Below, piece by piece: positions 22,271 to 36,729 of a DNA stretch of 64,000 bases (positions are counted from its first letter, which is position 1; each line of letters begins with the position of its first letter). The position numbers were made by a program, and so were the translations under genes. The stretch is from Camelus dromedarius (Eukaryota), in contig NC_087437.1 of assembly GCF_036321535.1 (NCBI RefSeq), positions 105,278,001 through 105,342,000 on the forward strand. The letters are read 5' to 3'. The notes under the pieces were generated by a model. That model saw only the letters and a list, made by a program, of their open reading frames with translations, searched no databases and had not been told where the DNA came from.

Positions 22271-22968
22271 ATGATCTTAAAAATAATTAAAGTCTATGAC
22301 TCATTTAAAAAACAAGCACAAAAGTCTCAATGGGAATCCTGGTTTACAGCTCAGATTTAGCAAGAAAGCAACCTGTCAGCAGACAGGAGGGATGTCTTGG
22401 GAAAACTAGATGTTGCCTGAACAACATCAGATCTGCTTGTAAGTTGATTCATCCTTTCTCTCCCTCCATTCACTTTCTTCCTCTACTGGGTTTCATATTG
22501 GTTCAAACATCAAGAGACATTCTGTATCATCTAGGCCTACACTAGACTATTCTTGAAATTAAAGTTAAATTAAATTTGCATATCTGGCTTTTAGAGTTTC
22601 TCTTTCAAGGTCCTTTGCCTATTTCATAAGGAATTTTGATCCCCAAGTGAAATTATTTTTCGTATCTGTTAAATAATTTACTCTTTAACTGTTTTGGAAA
22701 TGAAAGTAATGACGTAAACCCAGGCTTAATTTCATTCTTACTGTGCTGACTGCTACCAATAATCAAATGAACTGATTACTTAACCTTCTAGAACGGTCTC
22801 TAAATTTGCCATTAATGGAGAATCTTTCATAAACTAGTAAATCAGAAAGTTCTTATCATAAAGAGATTGTGGAAAATGAAAATTGCCCTTAGTATTTGAC
22901 TTTTGAATTACTTAGGAAGACTGATCATTAACATAAATTAACTTATTTTAAGTGACTAATTGGGAATA

Positions 22969-23191
22969 GACTCATCCCTTCATATACCCTGGGGACTAGT
23001 TCCAGGCCCTCCTCAGATACCAAAATTTTTGCGTGCTTGAGTCCCATAGTTGGCTCTCTCAATCCACAGTTCGGCATCTGCAGATTCAACCAACTCCAGA
23101 TCGGACTGTGTAGAACTGTAGAATTTATTGAAAAAACCCATGTGCAAGTGGATCCGCGAAGTTCAAATTTGTGTCGTTCAAGGATCAACTC
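22969..23191. mobile_element. Tigger-derived MITE (MER8-like, TcMar)
   Basis: ggggactagttccaggcc...gataccaaaat...aagtggatccgcgaagttcaaatttgtgtcgttcaaggatcaact, flanked by TA on both sides (22967-68, 23192-93). Confidence 0.85.
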
Positions 23192-24199
23192 TACTTAAAC
23201 AGACATTAAATATTTGATCATATTTACTATGTGATTTCAAAAAAAAAAAAATGCTCCTGAATTGATTCCACCTGTACGTAGTGAGCACCAATTATGTGTC
23301 AGCCATGTTGCCAAGGACTAGAACACAAAGAAGAATGAGAAATTTTGATTTTTTTTTTACGTGTAAAAAATGTACAGTCTAAGGAGTTCCCTTTCATTTT
23401 CTTGTTGATTTGCTTCCTTAAAATAACAGAAAAATTTAAAAGCTAAATAAAAAAAGATGTGAATCAATACTGAAGGTCTTTTCAGAAGTATTATTAAATT
23501 TCAACTAAGTATTAAATCCCAAAATTGTGTTACTATTATTATCATCATTATTATTTAAAAATAGAAGTAAAATGTAAAAATAACACTAGTCATAAATAAT
23601 CATTAGTAGCTAGTGCAATATTCACAATTTTTTGCTTTATGATTTTCTTTAAAAAAATATAACCCTGGGTAAGATTTATTGTCTTCTCTAATTCTTCTCT
23701 AGAAGTCAGTATTATCTGCTGCATGAAGAAATTCTTAAAATGCCAAGTTGGTTTTTTTCAGTCAATACACCTGTATGTGTATATCCAGCTATTATTTTCA
23801 CATGTGTTTGGTATATAATGAATAACCAACTTAATTTCCCAGACTTCCCCTTTCTTTCACATGGGCTGAGGACTACTGTACCACTAGGGGGAGGAGTGGG
23901 ATAAAATTAAATTGAAGAAGTTAATAGTGCTGGCTGAGTAAACCAGGTGGAGAGAAAATTGGTGGGGATGACAGCCAGAGTGACATCACTTCTTTGGTGT
24001 CTTTGCATAAACCACTCTGTTTTCAAGATTATAAACTCTTATGTATTTTAGGTTCCCTACTAATATTTAAATCACAATCCAATGCTTTATCAAAATCTTA
24101 TTAATTGCTCTTTTAAAATGTCAGAGTTTAATTGTATTTGTAGTATTATGAATACTAGCAATAATGGTAGGGATTACGTTCATAACAAAACTAGTGGTG

Positions 24200-24380
24200 G
24201 TAATATAAGTTATGATTTATTAAAGGTTCATCTTGGCCAAGAATTGTGCTAACTTTTGCATTCATTATTACTTGTATTCATTCACAATGCTTCGACAAGT
24301 ATTAGTATTTAAATGAAAGCCATAACATATTTGAAAACCTAATGGCCACTGAGGAAACCGGCTTGACAAGATAAATACTC
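24200..24380 (-). mobile_element. MIR
   Basis: atttattaaaggttcatcttggccaagaattgtgctaac...ctgaggaaaccggctt. Confidence 0.55.
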
Positions 24381-24569
24381 TGTATTGAGTAGAAATTTGA
24401 TGCTTTAGATGGGTGTGGTTTTGAGAATATTCTTGAAATCCAGAAACATCAGTTGACTGCCCAAAGTCATATAGATAATTATGGAAGATTTAGCAATGGA
24501 ATTCCTGACCTGTGATCATCCCCTCTTACTGTTTCATAATCTCTGATAAATAGTGCCATGGTTACATTT

Positions 24570-24780
24570 TGTTTGAAGCCTGTTTATAAAACTTATTCTT
24601 CAGATTTGACTTTGGAAACATTACATTAAACCCCTTGTCTCCATTTCTTCATCTTTAAGATGCATGTTATAATAGTATCCCCCTCATAAGATAATTCTAA
24701 GGATAAAATGATAAAACTGGTGACGATTTCATGACCATTAATTCACTAGAACAGTGTCAGACAGAAAGTATTAGCCACTA
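24570..24780 (+). mobile_element. MIR
   Basis: tgactttggaaacattac...ctccatttcttcatctttaagatg...ataatagtatccccctcataag...aggataaaatga. Confidence 0.75.
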
Positions 24781-26039
24781 CTGTTCTAAGACTAAATGAT
24801 CCACTGTGAACATTGCTTTAATTAAGTATACAGCTAATTAATATCCAGGATCATTTAGTGGTTTTTTGGCCATAATAGTCAAATAACTACATTTGTTTAT
24901 GTGACTGTCTAATGGCCTTAGATATTTAGCACATGTTAAATAAGTGGTAGGAATGGAAATACAGTCAATCCATTTTCTATTTGCACTGTCAGTGGCAAAT
25001 GCAAAGGAAATGTAAGTAAGAATCACAAATGACTTTTGTTTTTAATTATACTTTTCTAATTAGTTGTAGATTCAAGATTATAGTAGCATATATATTACCT
25101 AGTAAGGGTAATGCTACAAAAAGTAGCTGCTAACTCTGGTCAAATTATTAGTTCTTGATGTGCAAACTAAAATATCCAGGAGACAGAGAAAGCGATAGCT
25201 ATAGGGTAACCTCAAGCAACAGACCTTATGACTTGCTGTGAATTCTTAGTACATAAATTGAGAGAATTCCTCAAAGTATACACATGGTGTTCCGCATAAG
25301 CGAGGGAAACTGCATCTTTAAAATATGGTGAAGGCACCTTTGTCTTCCTAATACAGCTGTTAAGCACTTCTTCTATATTAGGACAGATGTGATTTTTATG
25401 GAAAGGAACTGCAGGACTCGTTTCTCAGGATCCCCATTGGTAAAACGGAATTTCTTTCTCAGAGTAAAGAAAAATTCCTCAGCAATTACCTCAATAATTT
25501 AAGCAAAAATCTATCTATCATTCTAAGTAGACAGGGGACTAAATTGGAAAGACAAAATTACAATGACATCTAATTTTCTTGTGATCCTATACGATCCTTT
25601 GTATTTTTATGGGGGATAGTGCTGTGCTGAGTATTTGTGGAGTTTTCAGGAAAAGGAATGCCCAAGACCTATTTAAAGTTCAAATTTGATACCCACTTGA
25701 AAGAAGAAGATTATAACAAGTTACTAAATAACAGACTAATCACCATTTCACTTTAACTAAAATATTAAATTTGAGCTCCAAATGTGGCAGATTAGTTATT
25801 TTAGTTTGGGGGGAGAGGAAATGGGATGACTGATTGGGGTCCTGTGCTTGGGAGGGTGGGCCAAAAGATCTACACTTTAGTTTTCTGACTTTCATTAAGT
25901 ATAACTTCACAGTTTTGATCTAAATATATTCAAAGATTCCCAGACCATCTTTTTCAAGTGCATTTATCTTGAGCAACCTATACTGGTTGCTTTGTTCCAG
26001 TTGCCTGTTCTCTCTCATGGCTCAGATTCCATTCACTGC

Positions 26040-26260
26040 AGGTAAATCAATGTAGGTTGGATCCTCTTTTCTCAAGGAATTTATTATCTAATTGGGGAAC
26101 TAAAGATACAAGAAAGTAAATAAAATTTGTGAAATCACAATATATATCTGTAAAAAGTGGTGTTTATAGCACCGAAGAAGAATAAGTCAATGCCAGTGAG
26201 GAATGATTTCTTAGAGGAGAGAGTATCTGAAGGGTGAAAAAAACATTTAGACATACCCTG
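26040..26260 (-). mobile_element. L2 fragment
   Basis: ctcaaggaatttattatctaattgggga...tttcttagaggagagagtatctgaagggtga. Confidence 0.6.
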
Positions 26261-27136
26261 GATAGCTTGTTCTATTTAGGCACCAAAACTTTTTAGAACT
26301 TAGTCTTTAAATAGTCCTATTACCTAATTTTGCTACTCAAATAATTCAAGCCAAAGTGTTGCCTTGTTCCAATACTAATTATTTTATTTTTTATTAATCA
26401 TTTAATTGATGATTAAATCTCTCCATTGTAGTACATTAAATGTCACCTACTTAGTAACAAATACTTAGGTAATAGATATTTTGTAAAATTTATATTTTTG
26501 TAGATCTTTTTTATAGCAATATGGAATATGAATATTGTTTCATATATTAGAGTTTTAAATATCTAGGCCTAATAAATATTTTTTTAAAATTTAGTTATTA
26601 ATTTGTATTATATACGCTTTTCAGTCTTGCTGTAATATAGACAAAAATGATTACCTTCTATATTTTTAGAAAAAATAAAAAGTACCATTTGCAAATTGTG
26701 TCACTAAAAACATTAATTTTTCTTCTAGAAATGGAATATTTGTAGGTAATAAAATATGTTATCATATATTTCTTTGACTGAAATATGGGTCAAGAAAGTG
26801 GCTTGATATTAGATATTAAAAAGAATAAAAGAAGACAATTTTGACCACATTCAGTTTTGTGGTACAAAGAATATCATTCAAAGGTACAGCTCTAATTTTT
26901 TCCACCAAAGTTGAGAAACTACTTTCAAAAATATAATTCTAAAATATTGCTTATTCTTGTTGAGTCTTGAGTCAAAAATAGATTAGAATTTTAAAGTAGG
27001 GAATGATTAAGGCTAATTTATGAAATCTTTCCTCCCTTCTCCAATTCCTCTCATCCATTCTTCTCCTTCTTTTCAAAATACGCAGTGGCTGAGTATAATT
27101 TCACTGAGTAATTTTGTCCATAACAAAGGCATCATG

Positions 27137-27162
27137 GTTTTGTTTGTTTGTTTGTTTGTTTG
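27137..27162. repeat. (GTTT)n microsatellite
   Basis: ggttttgtttgtttgtttgtttgtttg. Confidence 0.9.
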
Positions 27163-27850
27163 TGGACTGCTACTCAATGGTAAAGTTTTGTAAGTTCCTC
27201 TTTATATATTACTTGTAAGAGGTTTTGTGTAATAATCAGGATTGTCTAGAAATGACCTCTAATGTTACTATGGGTTACTTGGGCAAGAGCCCAATTAGGA
27301 CCGTGATTTACTCCAGTCTAGAGGACTGACAGTTCCATTTCCAAAGGGTAATGAAGCTGTAGAGTAAACAACTTCCAGTTATTTCTCTCAATTCCCAAGA
27401 TGCTATTTTACTAATTGGCTGGATTTCCCAGGTCTACAACTCATGTAGACAGCTGATACACCAAATGCCTGGCTCCTTCACTTAAAGTTTTCATCTTATG
27501 TTTGCTTTTTAACAAGAGTTGTGGATGATCAGAGACCTCAAACTCACCCTCTTATTGGTTTGTAAATGTCTCCTATAAGCCTATGCTTGTTCCATGTCAC
27601 ATAATCTGGGAAACATCCTGGTGCACATTAAGAGAAGATCAAGAAAGGATTCATCTCATAAGAGAGCAAGAGAAGTGTGTATTCTTTATATAAATAAGAA
27701 TTTTTTTTAAAAAAAATTAACAAAAGTATATTCTATATATAATATTAATAAATAGCCAATAGATATGATTTAATTAGAAATTTAAACTTGGGATATACAT
27801 ATATATAATATATATTATATATTTGTTGATAATTATATATAAATATAACT

Positions 27851-27856
<6 letters not shown>

Positions 27857-27882
<26 letters not shown>

Positions 27883-27896
27883 AACACACACACATA
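27857..27896. repeat. (TA)n/(CA)n microsatellite within an AT-rich tract
   Basis: tatatatatatatatatatatatataaacacacacacata. Confidence 0.9.
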
Positions 27897-30019
27897 GTAT
27901 CTGGGAATATTGGTAAAACTAAAACCAAACCAAACCAAGCAAAGATTATACCAGATCCCTTTTAAGTGTCACACTCACTCCCATTCTTTGATTTTCTTGG
28001 GCTCACCAGCCCCCTGAGCCTTCTTGGGGGCTCAGAGAGAGCTTTGTTCATCATCACCGCAGCCTGATTTTCTAACATTACTGACCATTTTAGCCTCTAC
28101 CAGGGTGAAAGTAAGGCTTTGGTGAAACCTGTGTAAACACTGTGGACCACACACCTGGACAAGGGCTGCTGTCAGACCCTAGAATAAGGTTCCTCCATCA
28201 CTTCCAAGACCTGATGAAATGCTGCTCTCCCTCCTTCTCTGCCTCACTTCCCTTTTGGCTTTGCTCTTTATGGAGTGATCTTTCTTCTTTATTCCATGAT
28301 CACAATAATAAAAACCTTGGCTCGGACTAAACCAGGGCAAAGACAATGGATACCCAAGAAGAAAACCTGACTCTTTAAGTAGTCTATGTTGAAAGACCCA
28401 TGTCTGTTGAGAAGCAGGGGTCAAAGACATTTTGGGTTTACATCAAGCTTTTTCATCCAAATGTTCCCTTCTCTGATGACAAAAGCCCATTTTTTTCCTT
28501 ATCAGAGATCTATTTGACTTGGACCTAGAAGTAAGTTGAAAAATTTCATGCCAGATAAGAAAACAAAACAATTTGTGTAGTCATCAATAAGAAATGAGAA
28601 AGAAGGGAGTAGTAAGAGTGCATTTTGAAGCTTACTCTGAGTATTTCATTTTGTTTTCTCACCTGATTGCCTAAGGAATATGTGAAAGATAAGCAGAAAA
28701 AATAGCATTTGTGGTTTATAATGACTTTTGCAATATACAGAGAACAGAGGACTTTTTTATGTTCTTATAATTCTCTTAGGTTGCCCAAAAGCTTTAACTT
28801 AGATACTTCAATGACGTTCTAAACTAAGCCAATTACAAAAATAAAGTTTCTAGAGAAAACACATAAAATGTTTCCCTTAAATTCACACCATTTAAATATA
28901 CAAGATTTCCTATAGTTGGCAAACAGTTAAGAAATTGAAAGGAAAAGATTTATGGATGAAAATCTGTTTAAGGAGTTTTGGAAATATTTTTCTTCCTTTT
29001 GCTAAATTCTTAAATCCTAATTGATGCAATATCAGATTAGCATTTTAAAGCAAATTATCACAAAGCAAAGAACTATTAAACAATGGTGAAGTCACATTAA
29101 ACAAAACCATATTTTAGTATACACATCATATGTCAGGGGGAAAGTTATCTTATGGAACATTTCTAAAATAAATAGTTTTGTTACACTGCTATGACTAGTG
29201 AAATTTCCACCGAAAGTTTAAAATGTGATGTGATACATATTTCATGCATATGTGTTTATATACATATATATACACACACATACAGATTATACATACATAT
29301 GTTTGTGTATGGGAAGTGAAACTATTTTTATGGTTTTTGGAAAATCATGGAAAAAACTTAAAACATTTTAAATTGAGTATTGTAAAATAACCTTGAATGA
29401 TTATTTTGTGATATACTTTCAATCACATCTGCCTAGGACCACATTCTCCTTCAGTTTCTTTCTTTGAAATCAATGTCTGTGAATGCCCATTTTTCATGTA
29501 GAAAACATTGAGGGAGAAGTTAATATTTTTACAGAAAATTTATATCCCATAGTAACTTAGATACTTGGTTCTAGAATGCCTAAAAATTAGTTGGAAAAGT
29601 ATGTCATATGGCTGTTATGTAAGAAACTTCAGTTTTCATGGTTCAGGGTCCCTTTATTATATTTCCTTCCTAAAGTTTCTCTTAGGTTCCAGTAAGTACT
29701 TTTAGAAGTTCTTTCCACACTGTCTTAAGGCTGCTTATCTATTACAGTTAGCATAATTCTATTTTACATATTACCAATAGGACTTGAGAATTCCCGGGCT
29801 AGCCATCACAGGAAGGAGACATTTGATTAATGGTCCACTGGGTCTCCAGGGTGAAAATTGCAACATCAGAAACAACCACTAAATCAAGAAGTTCATTTTC
29901 ATCTACTGCCTCGTATATATTGAGGCTACTTTGGAAAATATAATATGACAAAACAGAATATATCAATAAGTAGTAAGCAGACCAGAGTCGTGAAAATAGG
30001 ATGTATGAAATAAAAAGTT

Positions 30020-30120
30020 CTAAGTCTGAATTCCAATTTTCCTTTTACTCTAAATCTGTGCTTCACAGCTCAGTTTCCTCATTAATAAAATGGACTTTTA
30101 AAATACAAGTCTCCTTTGAG
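30020..30120 (+). mobile_element. MIR fragment
   Basis: gctcagtttcctcattaataaaatgg. Confidence 0.55.
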
Positions 30121-30849
30121 AATCTAAGAAAAATAACTGTAAAAAGTTATTTGAAACATTAGAAATGCAATAGATAGTATTTTCATGACAGAAAATAAAA
30201 TCATAAAATATGATTTTAATATGGAATGCACTTCACAGTATATGACTAAGTTGCTAAAGAGAACATCTAGAAGGTTTGTTTTGCAGAGAACACTTGGGAG
30301 TGCAGCCAATTCAAGGATGTACTGAGACTTCTCAAAATAAAATTCTTTTTTTTAATTTTTACAATGCTCATTTTAGAGCCCTTCTCTCTTTCCAAAGTGC
30401 TCTTGTGAGATTTGCCTGCCTTTCATCCAACTAAAAAAAATTGGGTTACAGTCTTAATTGCTTGCTGTCCTCAGGCCATGATGGAACGAAGATGTGCCAA
30501 GAAATCCCACTCTTCTAAGTAAGCAAGAGGCAGCTTAATAAAATGTTTTAAATAGTTGAGAAATGGTTTTGACTTTGAACACAGGAAATTTTGTTTCGAA
30601 TGTGATTATAATGTTTAATTATAATTAATTAGATTGCTGTCTCGATTTTTACTAATTGTTTTTTGTTAATTTGTTTTTTTTTTCTTAAAGAATTTATGAA
30701 GCAAAAAGTCTGTGACACTCTTTTAGGTGTTATGTTTCTGAAACTGATTGCGTAGGCACCAATTCCCTCCTCAAAATAAAGAAAATAATTCAATAATGAA
30801 ATACATTATGTCAACATAAGTGTGTGTGTGTATTCATGTGTGTGTATAA

Positions 30850-31670
30850 TTCCAAATTAGGATTAGGGATTTAAAAGAGAGTTAAATTGATTGATACTAA
30901 AATCTGAAGATCCAGTTGGGAGTTTGTTTGATTGGATTGTAGAAAAACACTCCAAGTAGAGGGGAAAATATCATCTTACAAAAGAGTTGAGAAAGTAAAG
31001 GACACTTGGGTCTTCCAAAAACGAAGGAAATGATAAATAAAGTTGAAGTGTAGAGAGTGAATGAGGCAGTGGCAAAAGATGAGGCTGGAGAGGAAGTAGT
31101 TGTACAAACCCTCAAATTATCTTATATTTTATTATGTTTCAAACAATGTAGAATGGAAAATTATATTTAATGATACATTTTATATATATGTGTGTGTGTA
31201 TACATATATGTGTATATATATATAATGTATATGTATATTTCAATGTCTCTGATGTTCCCATGCATTAAGGATAAAGGAGTGAGCTTGAAAGACAAAGTCC
31301 TGGACTTCAGGGATTTTACATTTTAGTGGGCTGGGACAGCAAGTAATAATAATTATAATAAATAAACAAATACATGATATCTCCGTTGCTGATGAGTTTC
31401 ATGGAGAATGATAAAATAAGCAAAAGCAGAGAAAGGAGTTCAATCCTTGGGGAAGTTGCTCCTGACCCTTTGTCAGGGAAGCCCTAAAGGGGAAGGAAAG
31501 ACTGAGATAAGGTCAGAGAGATGTGTAGGCGGCCGGTCCTATACGGCCATATAAACCATTTTATGGACTGTGGCTTTTACTCTGATGAAATAGGATGGCC
31601 TGGGGTCACTTTGAGCAGAGAATGACACACAGTGACAGATGTCTTCAAAGGTAATTTGACTGCTCTGATT
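30850..31670 (-). mobile_element. L2 fragments (two pieces around a TA/TG tract)
   Basis: gatgaggctggagaggaag; gacaaagtcctggacttcagggattttacattttagtggg; ggctttttactctga-like segment...tttgagcagagaatgacacacagtgac. Confidence 0.7.
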
Positions 31671-32184
31671 CTCACTCTATCTGGACCCACGAGGCTCATT
31701 TTCAGGTGTAGGGCTGTGCTGAATTTAGCCAGGGATAGAGGGACGGAGGAGGATAATTGAATCTTCCACGGTTAGTATATTTTAGAGAAATCATACCTAA
31801 AATCCTATACACATGCTCATCACATACACATACATTTTTAAGAGATAGCTATGTTGTTAAAATTTTTAAGAAATTTGTAATTAATGGTAGAATTTTGGTT
31901 TGGTAGACTACTTTAATTTCAATATCTAAAATAGATTCTAATAAAAGCAGGCATGAAATAAATTACATTTTGATGAAAATGATAAATCCAACCCCACAGA
32001 CAAATACATAATTATTTACACACATTATATTCTCAAGATTTGATTACTTTTTCACGCCCAAGACCTCTATTTCCTATGTTAGAAAAAACTCTAAAAGCAT
32101 AAAAAGTAAAAACATTTACCAATTTTTATTTATATCCTACTCAAAAAGAAAAAGACTTAGAGACTGATAGTAATTAGTGCAAGT

Positions 32185-33100
32185 TTTAATACCCTGGCCC
32201 TCCTCCTTCCAGACATATGGGAGGACTGCAATTTCCCAGTTCCTTAGCATGTCATGATCATACGGCTTGCTTTGGCCAACAGAATGTGAATGGAAGTGCA
32301 CTAGTTATCTACTGCTACTTGACACATTTTTCTAAAACTTAGATATTTAAAACAGCAAACATTTAGTCTCTCACATTGTTATTGAGGATCAAGAAGCCAA
32401 GAGTAGCCAATATTCTGGCTCAGGGCCTCTCATGACATTGCAGTCAATTCCTGAATCATCTGAAAATTGTCTGGGCTGGAGGATGTATGTCCAGAAATGC
32501 CTCAGATGGCTGTCAGCAGATCTCACTCCTTCACTGGCTCTTTGGAGGAGGCCCCATTTCTTTACCTTATGGGAACTCTCCTGACATTGCAGCAAAATCT
32601 CTGAGAGCAAGGGATCGGAGGGAATGAGCCTGACCCAGACGGGAGCTGCAGGGACTCTTTATGACTTAATCTCTGGACGTGACCCACTATCATCAAAGTC
32701 TTTTCTGTTGGTTACCCGGCAAAGTGGTGCTGACCCCTTTGGGCAGGGGCGATATACAGGGTATGGATGCTAGAAGACAGGGGTTTTATGGGGCCATGTT
32801 GGAGCCTGGCACTATCGGCATTGACCTGCTTTATCTATATGCTTAAGCATCAAAGAATAATTATAAATTTCCCCACACTGCCTTCCCTCTGTAAAGGCAA
32901 TTACCCTTCAGGGTTGAAAAAGCATCAGCCTGGGGTTTTTAATGAGAATAATACAAAGCAGAGCCCTCTCCACTATCACATCCTGTGCACCCTCTTATCA
33001 CGAACATGTGGAGTGAAAGTAAATGTAATTTTCCTTTAAGCCACTGAGATTTTCACATTGTTACCTTAAAATTGTCTAGTCTATCCTATCAGATAACATA
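32185..33100 (+). mobile_element. Old MaLR LTR (MLT1J/I-like) split by a second, reverse-oriented MLT1
   Basis: 5' piece ...cttgctttggccaacagaatgtgaatggaagtg (to ~32300) and 3' piece ...tttaagccactgagattt...ttgttacc...tctagtctatcctatcagataaca (~32830-33098). Confidence 0.7.
32301..32816 (-). mobile_element. MaLR LTR (MLT1F-like), nested
   Basis: tagttatctactgct...aaaacttagatatttaaaacagcaaacatt...tctggctcagggcctctcatga...ggggccatgttggagcctggcactatc is reverse MLT1. Confidence 0.8.
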
Positions 33101-33313
33101 CAGCAGAAGGTGAAATATATTTTTTGTCAAGAGAAGTAAATAATACCTGCTTTGCAGACCATAGAGTTGGTCTCTGTCATGATTACTTTGATGTAGTATG
33201 AAATTGGTCATAGACAATATATAAACAAGTGGAAATAGCTATGTTCCCATAAAACTTTATCACGAAGGTGGTGGGGCAAATTTGGCCTGCAGGCAGTGGT
33301 TTTTCATCCGCTG
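33101..33313. mobile_element. MER58A-like hAT MITE
   Basis: gctttgcagaccata...tctctgtcatgattact...catagacaatatataaacaagtgg...tgttcccataaaactttat...atttggcctgcaggcagtggttt. Confidence 0.8.
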
Positions 33314-33992
33314 GATCAGAGTGTAAAGGAGCAGGGAAAGGAGTGAAATGTTTATTATTTTCTTTTTCTTGTTTATTCCCTATTTCTCTTCGTACTGTCA
33401 CCAGATTTCAGTAGCAGGAGGAATTGGCCCTCCCTATTCTGTGAAATGTGTATTGTGAAGACATGCCGTATTTTTCCAGATTAATAATTTGATAATACAT
33501 TTTTCACATCATGAAAGACCAGATATTATGATTTGGCTTATAATCGTAAGTATTATTCTTTTATTCATACCTGTTACCAGACTGGTTTGGAAGAGAGTTT
33601 CTTAAAAAAACATAAAAGCACAACAAACCAAGGAAACAACAATGAAACCGTAACGTGTGTTTTATTTCCTTATAGATAATTTTGTTCTGGAAAAAAAACA
33701 GTTTTCAAAATATGTTACTTTTTTTCACTAGCTATAGGAATCTAAAACTAACCTTTAGAGTGAATAAAAATAATCACAAAATCATCTAGTTTAATGATCA
33801 GAGATCAAATTACTTCATGATAAACAGTTCATTTGCTAATGTTTATATTGCAGCTTTAAAACTCCTCTGAAACTTCCTCTTTCTGCACAAGACTCTGAAG
33901 ATTTCTGGAAACTTTGGGGCCTAATATGTAGCCCTTTTCTTGAACTTGTATTGTGCACAAAAATACAAGTCAATATACACACAATAAATTAT

Positions 33993-34200
33993 GATAGCAA
34001 ACATTTATTGATGCTTACAATATGCTGTCTCCTAAGTGGATAAATTCATCTTTTCTGTTATGTGAACTAGATACTGTTACCATCTCTATTTCACATTCAA
34101 GAAAACTAAAGCACAAAGACTTGAAGTAATTTTCCCAAGCTACACAACCAGTGTGCCTCGGCTAAGGAGCTCCATGGGCCATGTTCTTAGTTATATCACT
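33993..34200 (-). mobile_element. MIR
   Basis: gatagcaaacatttattgatgctta...ctctatttcacattcaagaaaactaaagcacaaagacttgaagtaattttcccaagctacaca. Confidence 0.8.
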
Positions 34201-35877
34201 AATGCAGACTCCCACGCAATGAAGCCTGATGTAACTGCTATGGGGAGGGGGTTGTCTAGGAGTTATGGGGTAAATCAATCATCAACGGCACCAATTACAA
34301 AAAAGTACACTTACACTGAGTCAAGAAGCCTTATGTAAGTTTTGTGGATGGTAAAATGGTGTTCTCTATCAAAAATGATGGTATTTGATAAAATGCCCAA
34401 CAAATTTTAATGCTCTGTTATTTGCTTAATTTTTCAAACTATAATCTGTAAGTCTCTATGAAAAAAACAAGCTAACTAAAAATCAAAATCTTGGGATTTC
34501 TAGCTCAGCCATAAGGAAATTGGAAACACCTAAGAATCTCAAACATCAAAAAAAGGTAAACGATACCATTAATCTGTATTCTTAATTGTAATTAGCAAGT
34601 ATAATTAGCAAGCAGTATTGTAATAATAAGTATTTCCATTTTACCCTTAATTTAGATTTATTTTATAAGGAATTATTTTACAAAAAAAAAGCACTTTTTT
34701 TCAATACATAAAAATATTAAAAATGTGTCTTTTAAACTTAAGTATAATTAAAATCATGTACCAAGAAGATAATAATGGTTTTCTCATTACTGTAATTTCA
34801 TTATGTTTCTTATCATTTAAGAAAGTTCTTCTGACTTTTTCATTAACACATTTCTATTACTTGGTTTTTTAATAACTTTAAATATATAAACAATGTTGAA
34901 AGAAAGACAAATGTATATTTTCTTTTAGGTACTGCATATAAAAGAAAAGTATTTTTATATAATGCTTATCTACTTTATATTCAAAATCAGTGACTAGACA
35001 AAACTGAATGTTTAATCATTTATTGTTCTATACTGTAAAATATCTTCTATACACATGTGAAAGATATCACAGAATAAAATGACCACATGGCATTTACTGC
35101 TTGTCTATGCTTTAATTTCCCCCATCCCTGAGCTGGTGTTATAGAGGACATATCAATCATCATTACTGATTTTAATTATTGTATTTAGATATGGTTTAAA
35201 TATTTAAACAGAAATATGGACCGGCTTCATAAAAAAAAGAGGAACTGATATAATAGTATATTTTAAGACAAAGGTGGAAACAAAGCAAACGAAACAAATT
35301 TCTATTAATCTATTTTTACACAATGAAGATTTCAGTAGTTCTTACTTAGAATTGATTTGGAATTCCAATTCTAATTAAATGAAGTTATATAATAAAAAAT
35401 ATTGTTAATGATGGAAACTTCTAATTCATATAATTGTGAACATTTTCTTTTCATCTGAAAACTAACTAGAGAGGGTCAACAAAATCCCTTCTCAAATTGT
35501 GTTTTCTTCCTTGAGTTGAAAATATTAGATTAGTTGTGAAAATCAAAGTGACTATTTTTTTATTTTTTAAAATACGTTTGTAATAGGACGAATCTTATCT
35601 TTGAAAGTGGTTAGTTCGTTCCAGATCCAAGGAGGCTAATAAACACCATATGGAGAAATTCTTATACACTAATTAAAAAGAGACTGAAATTTAAACATGA
35701 TGTAAAACTAGCCAACATGCAAAATCAACATGTTTTTTTACAATTTTTTATTCAAAAATTGTTCAAGTAAGATTAAGAATGAATTAAGACTTTTAAAACA
35801 TATTTATTTTTTCTCCATTTTTAAGAACAATATCGAGCCCTTATTGTGTCTAGCTCCTCCCTGTCACTGGACCCATG

Positions 35878-36077
35878 AAGTAGCATGCTAGAGCTCGCTT
35901 ATCCTGGCTGATGGCAGCCAAACGTGTGCATCTCTTTTCAATTCCAGCTTCAAAGCTTTCAAATGTGCAAATTTCCATTGGCAATGGTGGTAATATGTAC
36001 ACCATGACATTCGCAATTCTGGGCTTTTTTTCTTCCTCTATAGAGCTGGCTTTCCAATATTTCCTCGCATATCACTG
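35878..36077. mobile_element. MER63-like hAT-Blackjack MITE
   Basis: gtagcatgctagagc...tgtgcatctctttt...ggcaatggtggtaatatgtacaccatg...gagctggctttccaatatttcctcgcatatcactg. Confidence 0.7.
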
Positions 36078-36179
36078 GATACACTGCAGCAAACAAGTTA
36101 GACAAGGATACCTTCATTCTGAAGCCTGTCTTCTAGTAGAGGGATATGCTAATTAATTAATTAACTTGAATTAATAAAT

Positions 36180-36250
36180 GTTAACTTATTTGAATTTAAA
36201 TTTAAATAGGCACATGTGGCTAGCTACTATCAAATTGGATAACACAGATT
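36180..36250. mobile_element. MER3/MER33-like hAT fragment
   Basis: aatttaaataggcacatgtggctagctactatcaaattggataacacag. Confidence 0.7.
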
Positions 36251-36729
36251 TATACAAAGAAAGATGATACAACAGCATTCCAGATATGAACATAAAGGCA
36301 CACACTAGAAGGCAGGAATCAGATTGGAACATTCTAGGACACATAAGGTAAATGCTGGGAAATCCTAGTGGGAGAAAAGGAATTGGTGAGAGATTAGGTG
36401 AGGACAGTTGGCTGGGCAACTTGAAGGCTCCTTTAGGTCTTACATAATTGTTTGCTTCTGGCAGCTATATGTATCAAACTTTGCATTTAAAAGTTAGAAA
36501 GCATTTATGTCCCTCCAAATAGCACATTCTTGGCATCACTAGGAATTCAATTTGCTTTGCTCTATTTTCATAGAAAAAGTACAGGAAATAATAAGATATT
36601 CTAACACGCAGAGATCTAAAATAAAAATCCAGTGCACCAGTAAAATCAGTTTGTTTATTATGTATAATGCATGACGCTAACAATGAAATTTCTGTTAAAC
36701 TGTCATTTCTTGATCACAAATCATGACAA

